Assembly (NCBI RefSeq): GCF_018977255.1
Contig: NW_024704742.1
Location: forward strand, 69,690,001 to 69,754,000
Source of the DNA: Callorhinchus milii
Lineage: Eukaryota
DNA length: 64,000 bases
Direction of reading: 5' to 3'
The notes beneath the pieces were generated by a model. It ran no database searches and had not been told where the DNA came from. It was given only the letters and a program-made list of their open reading frames with translations. Both the position numbers and the translations under genes were made by a program. Shown in pieces: positions 62,047 through 64,000 of the stretch. Every line of letters starts with the position of its first letter. Position 1 is the stretch's first letter.

Positions 62047-62061
62047 AGCGCCACCTAGCGT
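62047..62061 (-). promoter_or_regulatory. CTCF-like motif
   Basis: Minus strand ACGCTAGGTGGCGCT versus the consensus CCASYAGRKGGCRS; located in unique, CpG-retaining sequence. Confidence 0.45.
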
Positions 62062-63654
62062 CGATCGGTGAGACCCTTGGGCTTGACAAACAACAACAAC
62101 AAATTATATTTGTACAGCGCCTTTCATGTCGGGAGGACTATGTGATTCAAGTCCCAACTTGGACAAACAGCCTTCTAACTGAGAGGCGAGAGTGCTACTG
62201 ACTAAGCCAGGTGTTGATCAAAGACACTGTCAAAGAGCTAAGTTTTGTAACACAGAAAGAAATGCTACAAAGTATGGGGATTTGGGGATGGAGTTGAAGA
62301 GAGCAAGGGCACACTGAGTGAAAGCGTGGACACTTGGTGGGATTGAGGGGCCAGGAGCCGACAGTCAGCCCCAGGTGAGCGCCTTGTGAGACAGATAAGG
62401 CGTCTTCACCCAGAACATTTTAACAACAACTTGTATTTATATAGAGCCCCTCATACTCCCGGTCGCCTGACAGTGGCGGAGGATGACACTGAGCCGGGGT
62501 GAGGGGGAGAGGTGACTGTAAACACGGTCAAAGAGGAATTCAAGCACGACCTGAAGATAGGGAAGGAGAGGGAAAGGTGGAGAGATTGAGGGGCGTAGTG
62601 GCTGAAAGCCGACCCACCGATGTTGGAACGAAGGGCATGAGGGACAAGCAGGAAGCCAGAGCCAGTCAAGAGGAGGCATCGGGTAGTGGATTTTAAGATG
62701 AAATCCTGGAGTCTATAATTTTGAAGGAGGTACCCGTTACTCACTAAACATTTTAGATCTCTGGGGAAAACGGTAGCAGATTGCGGGAAAAATGGAACCA
62801 GATCCATAACTGAAAACTGAGTGCAGACTGTAACAGGTACAGGCAGCTTTAAGTGAAAACAGTGTTTTTTCAAACACCATACCGTCTCTGGTAAATGAAA
62901 GCTGTTTATCATGGCAGACACCATCCCAGCTCAGCAAAGCCCCGTTTGTCTCCCGCGCACACGGCAAGCTGACAGCTCTATTAAATTGGAAGAATCCGTC
63001 TGATGTATCAAGGGGAGGGAAAGGAGTCACAAAAAAAAACGTGCACCTGGAAGAGAGGAATCTCGTGAAAGTACTTATTCCTGCCCCTCTTCTGATTGAA
63101 GGTAGTTTCGGCCACAAAATACACAGTCGATTCACTTTAGAGTACATTCTGTGAAGTGCTTTGGGACATTTGAACGACATAAGGTAATCTCAGAACAATG
63201 CTTTCAGTTGCACAAAGACAGTAGAAAAAGAGGACACAGGTTTGGAGCTGCGAAGAGCAATTGCAGGAAAGATATCAGTAAGTTTTCCTGTATCTGCAGG
63301 GTAATTAATGACGAACAGGTTGCCAGGAAGGGTGGGTGAGGCCAGGATGTTGGGACACATCTAGGGGAATAAGAATTTCCAAGGCGAATGAAAATCAAAA
63401 TCTATCCAGTTCACCTTCCACGATCCAGGACATGTCGTGTCCCAAACTATATATCGTTTCCTGAGATATTATTTTTCAACAGAAATAATAATTCTAACAG
63501 AGGGAAGGGAAAGCCAACCCTTCAAGTCTCTTCATAACTGAAGGCTGTCAACATTGAAGCATAAAAATTGACAGTGAGAAGACCGTTTGACCCACTTGAC
63601 CCATGATACTGAATGCTGACTCACTGAACAGCAGTCGTTTCAGTGCTATTGCTG

Positions 63655-63852
63655 CAGTCCTTCCGCCTTGTCCCCTCCCCTGCCACCTTCAAGACCCTCG
63701 TCTTCGACCTTGCCTTTGATCTCCCTGCTTCCCCCTGTGCCCTCCAACCTCACCCGACCCCCAGCTCGAGTACAATACTCTGTCTGTTCCGCGCAGCGCC
63801 TTGGGACGTCCTCCTGACATGAAAGGCGCTTTACAAATGTAATTTTGCTGTT
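63655..63852 (+). mobile_element. L2 3' fragment
   Basis: agcgccttgggacgtcctcctgacatgaaaggcgct hairpin followed by the tail. Confidence 0.82.
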
Positions 63853-64000
63853 ATATTCACCTGCCCTTTCAATAGAGGGGCTTGAAGGGCTTATGAGGAT
63901 AGAGTGGAGGGGTGTAGTGCGGGAGTGGGGTTGCAGGGGGTGAGGGTGAATTGATCTGCTTGCTCTGTGAGTCTCTGAGGACCTGTTGGGCCAAAAGGCC

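Noticed and set aside
55401..64000. The next upstream ATRN exon (expected IAFSQHSNFMDLVQFFVTFFS-like)
   Set aside because: Not found by eye on the minus strand; it probably lies beyond the window end.

Overview
Vertebrate genomic DNA, probably from a cartilaginous fish and possibly a chimaera; this is inferred from the SacSINE1/Deu-type SINEs and the L2/CR1 landscape. The window holds the 3' end of attractin (ATRN) on the minus strand: the last four coding exons (55322-55400, 24722-24829, 13471-13585, 12639-12763) with canonical GT-AG sites and consistent phases. Spliced, they encode the end of the transmembrane helix and the whole cytoplasmic tail, including the MASRPF motif and the GTCI C-terminus. 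A long putative 3' UTR follows and may run to about 7450. The introns (30,492, 11,136 and 707 bp) and the downstream DNA are dense with two tRNA-derived SINE families, 5'-truncated L2 LINEs and CR1 remnants, separated by repeat-free islands that look like conserved non-coding elements. Apart from short overlaps with ATRN exons, the ORFs in the track are spurious or LINE-derived. I found no convincing new protein-coding system. The most interesting signals are a covarying 3' hairpin shared by three retroposon tail types, a SINE combining a CORE-like body with a Deu-type 3' half, a multi-step template-switch scar that duplicates a candidate poly(A) signal, and an unnamed old dispersed repeat. 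All alignments and family assignments were done by eye and from memory; repeat boundaries are approximate and only representative repeat copies are listed.
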